A stretch of DNA of 64,000 nt, taken from the NCBI RefSeq assembly GCF_046119375.1, contig NW_027362763.1, forward strand, positions 408,642,001-408,706,000. Reading direction: 5' to 3'. The notes under the pieces were generated by a model, which saw only the letters and a list, made by a program, of their open reading frames with translations, was not told the DNA's origin and searched no databases. The position numbers and the translations under genes were made by a program. Origin of the DNA: Phyllobates terribilis (taxonomy: Eukaryota). This document shows positions 1 through 12,199 of the stretch, piece after piece. Numbering within the stretch: position 1 is the stretch's first letter; every line of letters begins with the position of its first letter.

Positions 1-115
1 GGTATGTACAGGGAGACTAGGTCACAGATATATGAAGGAGACAGGATGTGGATGGCTTTGCATGTCATGGTTAGGGTTTTGAACTGGAGTCTCTGGGCAA
101 TGGGGAGTCAGTGAA
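1..115 (-). mobile_element. L2 (CR1/L2 clade) LINE fragment, C-terminal RT region, runs off the window
   Basis: Minus strand translates H*LPIAQRLQFKTLTMTCKAIHILSPSYICDLVSLYIP, matching the HWLP..R..FK.L...YKA motif of the L2 ORF2 C-terminus. Confidence 0.75.
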
Positions 116-649
116 GAGATCTTATAGATTGCAATCTTATAGATTGCTGGAGGCAGTCCACAGTAAAAAAAAAAGCTGCCATAGAGTGTCCCGGAACACT
201 CCCACACACTTTTCTTAACCAGGACTGCTTCTTGGCAGAGTTGGATGGGCCCACCAGAGTTCCGGAGACTCTTCCGGTGGGCCCTGGCTTCTCCTTCAGG
301 AGGGTTCATAGTCCAAACCTTGCAGGTCATGTTGATGATAGAGGCCACCTTCTCCTTAGGTTGCTGCTGGTACTTTTCTGTGGGAATCTGCTTGGCTCCT
401 ACCAGCCTGGAATATTTCCAGTGAACAATGGCACAACACCATGTTATTAGCAGTGCTCCCAGTACCAGTAGCGAAGCCATCCACAATTTCCTTCTCAGTT
501 ATTTCATTTGGTAGACTGAGTGGATGCCCAAACACATTAGTTTCTCACAAAGGAGCTGAAGATACTGAGTGGCAGTAGATGCAAGTTTCTCCAGCACAAA
601 TTATTACCCTGGAAAGAATGTTTCTTAACATTTTTTCCATTTTAGCTTA

Positions 650-2726
650 TTTTTTGTGTGTTTTTTTTATTGTCAATCTGTAAAAGTGACGTGATACTCT
701 GACAACACTGTTCACAGATATGCTATTTGTCAGCGACCAACTGTGAATAGGTTTGAATCCACAACTGTAATACTTTAAATGGAGTGTAATATTTGACACG
801 CTCACAAAAATTGCTGGATGATTATGGCAGTCATATGGAATCACGTCTGATGACCACGATTTCAGGCAGTCGCCTAATAGTATGGTATTTGTCAGCAACC
901 AAGTGTCAATAGTTTGGAAAAACATACACCTGGCAGACTTTAAATGCACTGTAATATGTGACACATTCCCAAAATGTTTTGTATTATCACAACAGTAATA
1001 TGGGATCACGTCTGATGGCCACGGTTTTAGGCAGTCACCTAATAGTATGGTATTTATCAGTGATCAAGAGTCAATTGGTTCAACAAAACACAGCTGGTTG
1101 ATTTTAAATTCAGTAAAATACTTGGCACGCTCCACAAAATTTCTATATTATTACGGCAGTCCTATGGATCATGTCTGATCATTGAAAAAAGTTTCTCTGC
1201 TTCCACAATACAGTAATCTGAATAAAATTAAAAAAATCTGGTTGTAGTCTGAGAATAAGCAAATAGAGCAGTAAAATGGTGTACACTGACACACTGCTAC
1301 AAACTCTAAATGGAGGATAATATTTTCCACATTCACTACAAATGGCTGGATTTGTACCACAGTTATATGTGATGTGATACATCTGACGGACACCCACGGT
1401 TTTAAATAGTGGGTTTGTAGTTTACTAGTCTTCACAGTGACCACGTGTGAATAGATTCACTGACACACTGCTACAAACTCTAATTGGAGGACAATATTTT
1501 CCACGTTCCCTATAAATGGCTGGATTTGTACCGCAGTTATAAGTGATACATCTGACGGGCTAGTGGTTTACTATTCTTCACAGCAACCACATGTGAATAG
1601 CTTCACTGAAACACTACTACAACTCTAAATGGAGGAAAATATTTTCCACATTCACTACAAATGGCTGGATTTGTACCGCAGTTATATGTGATGTGATACG
1701 TCTTACAGACACCCAGGGTTTAAAATAGCGGGCCTGTAGTTTACTATTCTTCACAGCAACCACGTGTGAATTGCTTCACTGACACACTACTACAAACTCT
1801 AAATGGAGAACAATATTTTACACATTCACTACAAATGGCTGGATTTGTACCGCAGTTATATGTGATATGTCTGATGGACACCCACGGTTTTAAATAACGG
1901 GCTTGTAGTTTACTATTTTTCACAGTGACCATGTGTGAATAGCTTCACTGACCCACTGCTACAAATTCTAAATGGAGGACAATATTTTTCATGTTCACTA
2001 CAAATTTCTAGATTTTTATCTCTGTAATATGGGATCACATGTGATGATGGAAAAGATCTGGCTGTTTTCTTCAGTGCTAACAAGCAAATGGAGCAGTAAA
2101 ATGGTGTATTCTGGATTGCTTTTTAAGCAAATAATCAGGATTAAGATAAAAAAGAAATTAACGCTGTCCCCTGATATCTGGGGCTATGTCTACGGATATC
2201 TGTAACAGCAGGAGCAGATAGAACGTGCAATGGAACCTCTTGTGCTGTATACACTGCCACAAACACTGCCTACCTGCCTAACTCCTGCTATCACCTTCAT
2301 CACTGAATATATGTGGCTGGATTAGTCCTCAGAAGGACTGTTAGCTCAGATGGATATATATCTTGCTGTAAAATACCTATATCTAACTATTACACCGCCA
2401 ATTCTGTCCCTAGCTCAGCAGCATCTTTCCTTACTCTGCCTGTTTCCAGGTTACAATGTGACAAGCATAGAGGCACCAGGTCTTATATAGACCCAATGAT
2501 GCTATGCGGCCAGCCAATCACTATGATGCCACAACCAACATGGTTATGGCATTACAGTGATTGGCAAGCAATCCCTGAATGTCCATTGGCTCTCTAAAGA
2601 GAGCCAAACATGCAGGTCAGGGACCCAAGCTCCCACCGAGCAACCCGGAAAAACTCGCCAAGCTTGTCGAGCACCGTGATGCTCAGGCGAGTACCGAGTA
2701 ATGGCAAGCACGCTCACTCATCACTA
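650..2726 (-). mobile_element. hAT-C-family left (L) end fragment in reverse orientation; no matching R end in the window
   Basis: 1972-2726 is the reverse complement of 49417-50330. It ends in the TIR ...CTCACTCATCACTA at 2726, followed by GTGGCCAC. Confidence 0.85.
700..2000. repeat. Tandem array of ~150-170-bp units, internal to the hAT-C family
   Basis: CTACAAACTCTAAATGGAGG recurs at ~1299, 1471, 1618, 1790 and 1960, with more diverged units at 700-1150. The reverse-complement array is at ~50270-50790. Confidence 0.85.
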
Positions 2727-2842
2727 GTGGCCACAAAAGAAAAGGGCCCCATCAGGACCCAGATGTAGAGATCCCTCTGAAACCTCTAGTATATATGGTC
2801 ACGAAAGTAATACATCCGCCAGTGATAATGAATACTCTAGAG

Positions 2843-3026
2843 CAGTGTTTCCCAAACCCCATTCTCACGGCCCCCCACAGGTCATGTTTTCAGGATCTCC
2901 TTAGTATTACACAGGTGATTGAAGTATGATCAAGGCATCAGGAATTCTCTCACCTGTGCAATACTAAGGAGCTCCTGAAAACATGACCTGTGGGGGGGCC
3001 ATGAGGATGGGGTTTGGGAAACACTG
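2843..3026. mobile_element. 184-bp palindromic MITE, hAT Charlie/Buster type
   Basis: TIR CAGTGTTTCCCAAACCCC...GGGGTTTGGGAAACACTG; exact 8-bp TSD CTCTAGAG (2835-2842 and 3027-3034); ~76-bp near-perfect arms with a ~30-bp loop. Confidence 0.92.
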
Positions 3027-3139
3027 CTCTAGAGCTTTGCATCTGAGGAGTGGTACCCATCTAAAATTCCCTACCATGTTTAATAAACCACATAGAGCCA
3101 AGAAAAATAAGGTTCAATTCAAGGTAGTGAATTTGTCAC

Positions 3140-6100
3140 TAGTGTTGAGCCACCCCCGTAGTGTTCGGGTTCGGTTCGGTTCGTCGAACACCGGGATATT
3201 CGAGGAACTGTTCGTCGAACTGTTCGTCAAACACCTTAGAACACCGTCGAACACCGTTAAAACCAATGGCAGGCAAACAAAAACACATAGAAACACATAG
3301 AAAACACCTTCAAAGGTGTCCCAAAGCTGACAAACTGCTCAGAAGACACTCTCTTTAAAAAAGCCGGCCGGAAATTCAGCAGCGGCATACACCGGTACCC
3401 GACAATTTAGACAAGAAAAAATAGAGCTTCACACATAGATTACATAGAAAGAAACATGTCAGTCACATACATAATAAGTACAGTGACAGTGTTGCTTACT
3501 GTACTTGTCATTTAGTGTAAAGGATTTATTTAAAAAAATAATAGTGTTTTCATGCACCTTCTCTTTAAAAAAGCCGGCCGGCAATTCAGCATCTGTACCC
3601 GACAATTTAGAACAGAAAGATAGAGCATCAGACATAGATTAGATAGATAGAAACATGTCAGTCACATATATAAGAAGTACAGTGATAGTGTTGGTTACTG
3701 TACTTGTCATTTAGTGTTAAAATAAAGGATTTATTTAAAAAAAAATTGGCGTGGGGTTCCCCGTAATTTTAGTCTCTAGCGGAGGTTAAGCAGACGGCTG
3801 GGGCAGATGTTTGAAGCCTGGGAAAGGGGTAATACCCATGGAGCTTCCAAGGCTACTAATATCAGCCCCAGCTGAATACCTAGACTTTACTAGCTATTAA
3901 AATGGGGGACCCCCCAAAAAAAATGACGTGGGGTCCCCTCTATTTTAATAGCTAGCAAAGGCTAGGCAGACAGCTGGGGGCTGATATTAATAGCTCAGGA
4001 AGGGTGCCATGAATATTGGCCCTCTCCCAGGCTAGAAACACCAGCCGTCAGCCGCCCCAGAAATGGCGCATCCATAGGATGCCCCAATTCTGGCACTTAG
4101 CCTCGCTCTTCCCACTGCCCTGTAGCGGTGGCAGTGGGGTAATAGGGTTGGGGTTGATGTCAGCTTATAATGCCAGCTGACATCAAGCCCAGGTTAGTAA
4201 TGGAGAGGCGTCTATAAGACACCCCCATTACTAACCCCATAGTCAAAGTTAAAAAAAACGCAAACACCCAGAATAAAGTCCTTTAATTGAAATAAACACA
4301 CAATTCTTTATTGTTCTAAATTAAACCATACTTACCATCACGCCCATTCCAGCTGAAGCCAACGATCTCCTGCAATAAAAGAAAAATAATAAAGCAACAT
4401 CATCCTTACCTTTCGATGGTTCCCAGGACAGCTCCAGCTCTGCTACATCGAGATGACAGGCTGGACCGCAGCAGAACGCTGCCATCCAGCTTGCCATGCC
4501 GCAGACACTGAGAAGCGCAGGCATGCTTGCGCTCCTCAGTGTCAGGCTGTGACAGCATCCAGATGAGCCGAGGTCATGTCCAATGAACTCGGCACACCTC
4601 ATGCACGTCACTGACAGCGTGGGAAAATTCTCCTGCACTCAGCGCTTCAGCATGAGAATTTTTCCACGCTGTCAGTGACGTGCATGAGGTGAGTTCATGT
4701 CCAATGAACTCAGCTTACCTCATGCACGTCACTGACAGCGTGGGAAAATTCTCCTGCACTCAGCACTTCAGTGTGAGAATTTTCCCACACTGTCAGTGAC
4801 GTACATGAGGTGAGTTCATGCCAATGAACTCAGTTCACCTCCTGTACGTCACTGACAGCGTGGGAGAATTCTCACGCTGAAGCGCTGAGTGCAGGAGAAT
4901 TTTCCCACGACAGCTTCAGCTCTGCTACATCGAGATGACAGGCTGGACCGCAGCAGAATGCTGCCATCCAGCCTGTCATCCCGCAGACACTGAGAAGCGC
5001 AGGCTTGCTTGCGCTCCTCAGCGTCTTTCTGTGACGGCATCCAGATGAGACGAGTTCATGTCCAATGAACTCGGCTCACCTCATGCACGTCACTGACAGC
5101 GTGGGAAAATTCTCCTGCACTCAGCGCTTCAGCGTAAGAATTCTCCCACGCTGTCAGTGACGTGCATGAGGTGAGCCGAGTTCATTGGACTTGAACTAGG
5201 CTCATCTGGATGCCGTCACAGCCTGACACTGAGAAGCGCAGGCATGCCTGCGCTTCTCAGTGTCTGCGGGATGACAGGCTGGATGGCAGCTTTCTGCTGC
5301 AGTCCAGCCTGTCATCTCGATGTAGCAGAGCTGAAGCTGTCGTGGGAACCATGGAAAGGTAAGGATGATGTTGCTTTATTATTTTTCTTTTATTGCAGGG
5401 GATCGTTGGCTTCAGCTGGAATGGGCGTGATGGTAAGTATGGTTTATTTTCGAACAATAAAGAATTGTGTCTTTATTTCAATTAAAGGACTTTATTCTGG
5501 GTGTTTGTGTTTTTTTTTAACTTTGACTATGGGGTTAGTAATGGGGGTGTCTTATAGACGCCTCTCCATTACTAACCTGGGCTTGATGTCAGCTGGCATT
5601 TTAAGCTGACATCAACCCCAGCCCTATTACCCCACTGCCACCGCTACAGGGCAGTGGGAAGAGCGAGGCTAAGTGCCAGAATTGGGGCATCCTATGGATG
5701 CGCCATTTCTGGGGCGGCTGACGGCTGGTGTTTCTAGCCTGGGAGGGGGCCAATATTCATGGCACCCTACCTGGGCTATTAATATCAGCCCCCAGCTGTC
5801 TGCCTAGCCTTTGCTAGCTATTAAAATAGGGGGGACCCCGCATCAATTTATTGGGGGGTCCCCCATTTTAATAGCTAGTAAAGGCTAGGCATTCGGCTGG
5901 GGGCTGATATTAGTAGCCTGGGAAGCTCTGTGGGTATTACCGCTTCCCAGGCTTCAAACATCTGCTCCAGCTGTCTGCTTAACCTCCGCTAGAGCCTAAA
6001 ATTATGGGGAACCCCACGCCAATGTTTTTTTAAATAAATCCTTTATTTTAACACTAAATGACAAGTACAGTAATCAGCACTGTCACTGTACTTCATATAT

Positions 6101-6895
6101 ATGTGACTGACATGTTTCTATCTATCTAATCTATGTGTGATTCTCTATTCCTTCTATTCTAAATTGTCGGGTACCGCTGCTGAATTGCCGGCCGGCTTTT
6201 TTAAAGAGACGGTGCATGAAAACACTAATATTTTTTTAAATAAATCCTTTACACTAAATGACAAGTACAGTAATCAACACTGTCACTGTAATTCTTATAT
6301 ATGTGACTGTATGTTTCTATCTATCTAATCTATGTGTGATTCTCTATTCCTTCTATTCTAAATTGTCGGGTACCGCTGCTGAATTGCCGGCCGGCTTTTT
6401 TAAAGAGACGGTGCATGAAAACATTAATATTTTTTTTAATAAATCCTTTACACTAAATGTTAAGTACAGTAATCAACACTGTCACTGTACTTCTTATATA
6501 TGTGACTGACATGTTTCTATCTATCTAATCTATGTGTGAAGCTCTATTCTTTCGGTTCTAAATTGTCGGGTACCGGTGTATGCCGCTGCTGAATTGCCGG
6601 CTTTTCATGTTTCACTGTTGGCACTGTTCCCATCGATTTGGGCAATCACTGTAATGCCACAACCACCATGGCTGTGGCATTACAGTGTGTGGCAGACAAT
6701 CCTTGCATGATTGGTGCTCTAAATAGCGCCAGACATGCAGGACACGCTTTTGGTGCACGAACAGTTATCGAACATAACCTCGAACAGCCGAATTTTTTGC
6801 AAATCGTTCGGGTTCGTCGAATAACTCGAACACCGCCCAAAACAGCTCGAATTTGAGATTGGTGAACAGTTCTAGTCGAACACCACTCATCTCTA
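3140..6895 (-). mobile_element. Non-autonomous hAT element (3756 bp) with hAT-B termini and a ~3.2-kb internal palindrome
   Basis: TIRs TAGTGTTGAGC and CTCATCTCTA; exact 8-bp TSD TTTGTCAC (3132-3139 and 6896-6903). 3140-3340 is the reverse complement of 26390-26582, and 6730-6895 is the reverse complement of 14559-14700. Arms ~3350-4570 and ~5200-6600 are reverse complements of each other. Confidence 0.92.
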
Positions 6896-7878
6896 TTTGT
6901 CACAAACTTAATTGACGTTCACACAACTCAAATTACTTATGTGATATTGGAAGTCTCATCTTGCTTGGCGTTTCCTAAATACTTTTTTCTCCCCATGGAA
7001 CTGACTTGAAGGACTTCACTTTTAACATTAATAGCACTTGGAGAATTTTTCAAGAATCCTAAATAATAGTGATAATTTATGCAATCTTTTTGCTGTTAAT
7101 CTTCATTACATAGCTATCATTATTCTTTTTTTGTAATTCTATGCCATATTATATATTTTTATTTTTTGTTTCTTATTTAGACAATAGAATTAGGTGACCT
7201 GTAACAGGCATTTTCTTTACACCCAAAACACCACTCATTGTTACTTAGGGCATATTACACTAATTATTATAAGACTTTGGGACATATTTGTTAGCATTGG
7301 ACATTATGCCACCTTTTCATTATTATCTGCATTAGTCTCTTTAGTTTATAACATAAATGTATTAATGTATCATTGGTTGTCACTGGTATTGAACATAACT
7401 CTCTCTCTTAATCACAGTTTCATAGATATAGATTCCTGTGCCTATTCTTCTTACCTATCGCACTGTCACTTAATATCATGTTATCTTTATATTGCACAGC
7501 CTTTATGGGTTATGTTATCTTTGTCGAGCACTAAAACTGTCTAAGGACTCATGCACACCCGCACACAGCACCATTCTGGTGTTTCTTACTGCCTAGCCAC
7601 TTTATTCTTTTTCTAAGTTTCTGCGCTCCAGACAGTGCACATGCGCAGCCTCCACAGCCCCACAAACTTTCTGGAGCGCTGCTTATTTGGTAACATCTGT
7701 TCCACTATGTGTGTCAATGAGCACTTTCCCACTAATTAACATATGGGGGAGTGGCGGATGCAACAGGTGCTGCTAGTGTCACAGACGCTTACTGGTCACT
7801 TTAGTGTTCCGCTTGGTACTCACTCTTTCATTGGAACGTAATTCACATAAAAGGGCAGTCACCCATCACCCTGACACA

Positions 7879-7915
7879 CGCCCAGAAGAAGCTGGTGGCA
7901 AAACACGCATCGGGG
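7879..7915 (+). other. Degenerate Penelope-type minimal hammerhead ribozyme motif (probable PLE pLTR remnant)
   Basis: CGCCCAGAAGAAGCTGGTGGCAAAACACGCATCGGGG resembles ccCTGANGAagc...gcGAAAcgcgtcggg, with core changes CTGA>CAGA and GAAA>AAAA. Confidence 0.4.
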
Positions 7916-8669
7916 TGAGAGGGGACGCTGTCTCTATCCAGCCTGATTTACTCTGCCATTTGCTACACCATCTATACAGGTAATATGCATCACTAGTACA
8001 AGTTACCAAATTGGGATAGCCTTTATGTGCATTATCTATCCTTAATCTGTTGTCCATGTTTTCTAAAATTCACTATACCTATTAATGGAGCCATTTAACA
8101 GCTTTATCTCTCGAGTTCACAGTCTATGATTCTATTTACATTCTCTGTATAGTTATATTTTCAGTGGGATTTGAGTGTCAATTTATACTTCTAAGGTTGG
8201 AATTCTATTCTCATTTAAAATCATGTTTTTTTCACTTGGAACATTCCTGCTTATAACCTAAATAGTGGTTATCATGTGGATACATTAGCAACTGTTATAT
8301 TAAAGAGGGAAGTCACTTGACATTGATTTTTTATTAGTGTACCCTTCTCTTGTCTCCTTTGACAAACAGTGGTAATATATTTTTCTTTTAAATAGACTGG
8401 TGTTCCCCTACAGGGCATGCCATTATTTGTCAATTGTTTTAAGTGTTTTCTAATAAAGATTGATTACTTTTACCTTATGGTTCTCTTTACTCAGCTGAAT
8501 TAATGTTAGTCCAAGTACTTGTATATGATGTTGACCTGAGGTGCCATTAATTTAATATATGGATACCATTTGATAATTGACAATATTAACATAGTGAGGT
8601 ATCACCTTATCTGACAAGTTATGGATTGTTAAATGTGTACAGGATCATAACCAATAACAGTAGAGGAAT

Positions 8670-9055
8670 AGAGCACCAGAACCACCATCAGTTCAGGAAT
8701 ACAGCAACACCAGAAGCACAATCAGTATAGGAATATATCACCAAAACAACTATCAGTAAAGGAATATATCACCGGAACAACCATCAGTACATGAACACAT
8801 CACCAGAAGCACCATCAGTACATGAATAAAGCACCAGAACTACCGTCAGTTCAAGAATACAGCAGCACCAGAAGCACAATCAGTACAGGAATACATCACC
8901 ATAACTACCATTAGTACTGAAATACATCACCAGAGCCATCATCAGAACTTGAACACATTACCAGAAGCACCATCAGTACATGAATAAAGCACCAGAACCA
9001 CCATCAGTACAGAAATGCATCACTAAAACAACCATCAGTTCATGAGTACATCACC
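8670..9055. repeat. ~30-bp minisatellite (ACCAGAAGCACCATCAGTACATGAATACATC-like), roughly a dozen diverged copies
   Basis: ACCATCAGTAC(A/G)(T/G)GAAT motifs recur with ~30-bp periodicity. Confidence 0.8.
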
Positions 9056-10249
9056 TAGATTAGTTCAATGATCAATTGCAATATCAGGTCAGCCCCATAT
9101 GCAATTGTATCAAAAGGAATCTACAACTCCTTGACAATGGAAAGGAGTTACTGGAAGTTGATGTTACCAGCCATTATCACTGTGAACCATGCAGAAACCA
9201 CAATATTGATGAGACATAGTCTGTATCACAAATACACATTTACACCCAGGTACCTTATAGGTGACATCTTCTTTGATTTAAGTTCTTTTCTTTTTTTCCT
9301 TCTCCATCTTCTCCAGATGCCATAATGATTTTTCACATCTACAGCTCTGCAGACCTCCATTTTCTCCAGCAGATTCTGAAGCACATTCTGACAAGGTGAT
9401 CTTGAAAAGTGTTATTACAATACACCTGACCTATGCTGTGCCCCAGGATAATTTCCGTCCACTGTTCTTCCTGCACAAATTATGACCACCACACTATTTT
9501 CCTTATGGTACATGGCCTCCACACTGTCCTCCCCTTTCTGTATAGCACCTCCTCTTTACACTGTCTCCTCACACTCTTTCTCACCTTTACTATCTGTGAG
9601 GATTCAATCTCTTTGGCAGCTAGTAGCATTCACACAGTATCACAAAGTGAGCAGTTTATTAAATGTCCATAAACAGTTCACAGCTCACAAAGCAAAATAG
9701 CCTTTACTCAGGATAAAAGGTAGAATAAAACCAAAATAGTCCATAATGCAATACCGCTCAAGTTAAGGTCCACACAGTTTCTGGCGGACACTCACCACCT
9801 TTAGAGTCTTTCCTTCCTCCCACACACATACAACATTTGAGACAGCTCAGCTGCCTTTTAAATGGGCTGAAAACCCTAGATAGATTGGAGATATGGAAGC
9901 AGCCAGCCCCATTCAACTTTTCTAGCTGCTCCTAAAACCAGGACGCAAAATCAGGGCTCATTAAAAAAACTAATGGTGCTGGAGCCTGCTTTTCCGGGCT
10001 TCACATTACCAAGGCTAATCACCGAGGTGACACATATTTCCCATCCAGGACCTGCCCAGCTGCACACTTACATACTTCACACATTTCCAGACGCCCTACC
10101 CATACTGTCCTCCCCCATATTAAAAGTCTCCCTGCCCATACTGTCTTCTTGCACATTCCACTGTCCCCCTTCCTGCCCATACTTTCTCCCATTCCACCCT
10201 CCTCCTTCCTGCCCATACTTACTTTGCCACTGGACACATCCTATGTAAC

Positions 10250-10755
10250 ACAGGAGTGATATCAGCAATGTGATCGGATGACCTGATCACGCTGCTAACT
10301 TTGCCCTGACAAGGAAGTGCTGGCAGTCAGGGCTTCAATTGTGCTCTCACCCAAAATACGTGAGCACAATTGAATAATGGGAGCAGGCTTTTTTACACCT
10401 TTTCTGAGCAGGCTGTTAGTTTAAAACCGGCACGGAAAACAGCTGAATCCCATTCCAGAGGGTGGCAAAATATAGCTGCTTGAAAGACACCTCGGACCTC
10501 CGCATCTGCCGGCTGTCAGTCATTGTCGGAGGCGTTGTTAAGCCGCCGCTCACTATGCATTGAGCAGTGACTGAAGCCGCACTGGCCTCACTCTTATGAC
10601 TGAAAAATTGAGGCTGCTGGGAGGAATAAAGTTAATTTCCTCCTGGCAGTGGGGCACCCAAGTGCCAGCGCCAGGCATCTTCAGATTGCTATTAACATGC
10701 ATTTTAACCCTACATCTGCAGGTTAATAGCATTTTTTACATGACAGGTTAACTAT
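10250..10755. mobile_element. Possible degenerate Kolobok/T2-like MITE half
   Basis: Ends ...CTGCAGGTTAATAGCATTTTTTACATGACAGGTTAAC, resembling TGACAGGTTCCCTTTAA-type ends of frog T2 MITEs. No left TIR or TSD was found. Confidence 0.3.
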
Positions 10756-11919
10756 AGCTGCAGGTAAATAAAATTTATGGATGTTACAAAAAATGCTATT
10801 GCACAGTTTAGTATTTATACTGTAATTATTTAGAAACGTAGTTGGTGGCAGCTTTGAAACAGTTCCCTGATTTCAGTATCTCTGCTTTGTATTTATTTTC
10901 TCATTAGCATACTGTACAAAGTCATTACACCTCTTAGTGAATAGTATAATTGGTTAATGAATGGAATGATGCACATAATACATTTATCATACAGCTGCTC
11001 AAGAAGAGGGATTATGAACATACAGCACCATTATAAATATAATCCCCATGTATTTAGTGATTCAGGGTTTCTGCAGGAGAAAATTACCTTTTTGTTTCAT
11101 TCTTCATAAAGGATTGAAACCATCCTGATTATTATTTTTCCACTTCAAAAACAGTTCTTACAAATACTAAACACCTAAAGCAAACGAATTAGCTTTGAAA
11201 AAATTATATGAGGATGCTCTAGCACAAAGTTTTCTTAAAATTGTGTATTTTATTGTGCACTAAACAAATAATATGCAGAATATTCATGATCCGCATATAA
11301 ATAAACATTGGTTTATGGCACAAAATAATCTTAATCATCTAAGTAGTATTCACATACTGTATAAAAAAACTAAAAAACATGACGGATAGAGTTAGTGTGA
11401 ATTGATTTACAGGACTAAGTCCGTCGGTCATAAATCAATTTGCACCAACTGACTAGGATATCCTGTAAAATTATTATCAATCGAGGTTCAGAACGCCAAC
11501 TGATGACAAGAATAACCAAAGATCTTTAGACTTAAATTGCATATTTGCTGAAATGGCATATAAATTAAAGAATTCCAATTTTAACTCTGTAACTAGTGAT
11601 GAGCAAATATGTTCGAAATCCGATCTCCAAACTTAAGTTCGACACGAATGTGGCACATTTGGATTCGTGATCGGAAAGGCGAGCAAAATTTGTTAAATTC
11701 GGGAAAATCAGTTAAGTTCGACGAATTTCCGTGGTTACGTGATTGCGGGGCAGCTGCAGCATTTTTTACAGTTTTGCTAGCATAGTGCTTGTGTATGATG
11801 AGTGGGGAGACGTGGCAGTTGAGTGGGGGGGCTGGTGGTAGCTCAGAAAAGGTCAGACCAGCGGCACAATAGTTTTTTTTTTACTGTAGGCAGTAACTTT
11901 AAATCAGGAAAGAACGGCT

Positions 11920-12040
11920 AGCCAATCAGAGCTCAGGAAGCATTCACAGTGTCCCAGACACAAGGGCTTCTGCAATTGGCTGCTGAAATCACATGTCCTC
12001 TCCATATAAAAACCGGTCATGTTCCCTAAGTGCCATTTTA
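11920..12040 (+). promoter_or_regulatory. Promoter-like cassette (CCAAT, E-box TCACATG, TATA, YY1-like GCCATTTT) at the hAT L end
   Basis: GCCAATCA 11921, ATTGGC 11975, TCACATG 11989, TATAAAA 12005, GCCATTTT 12032. Most of these motifs recur in the same order at 14935-14983, ~48970-49030 (minus) and ~62703-62760 (minus). A CCAAT/TATA variant without the E-box is at 49627-49654, 41821-41875 (minus) and ~2480-2520 (minus). Confidence 0.5.
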
Positions 12041-12199
12041 TGCATATCACTGCTGGAGACAGACGCTGCTCCTGCACCCAGCTCCTGTGTAATGAGATAT
12101 ATTAGCTAGATAGAGGGTTGCTTCTGTGGAAGTCAGATAGAGCAGGGCCTATGGCATAGAACAGTGATGCGCATCGGTTGTGCTGTGCTCCATGCATAC

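Noticed and set aside
22-486. 154-aa minus-strand ORF as a host gene exon
   Set aside because: It runs across an L2 fragment read out of frame and unrelated sequence; no recognisable domain or convincing splice context.
10780-11590. Host exon or conserved element in the non-repeat AT-rich stretch (also 63300-64000)
   Set aside because: No ORF, splice pattern or RNA-gene motif that I can support from sequence alone.
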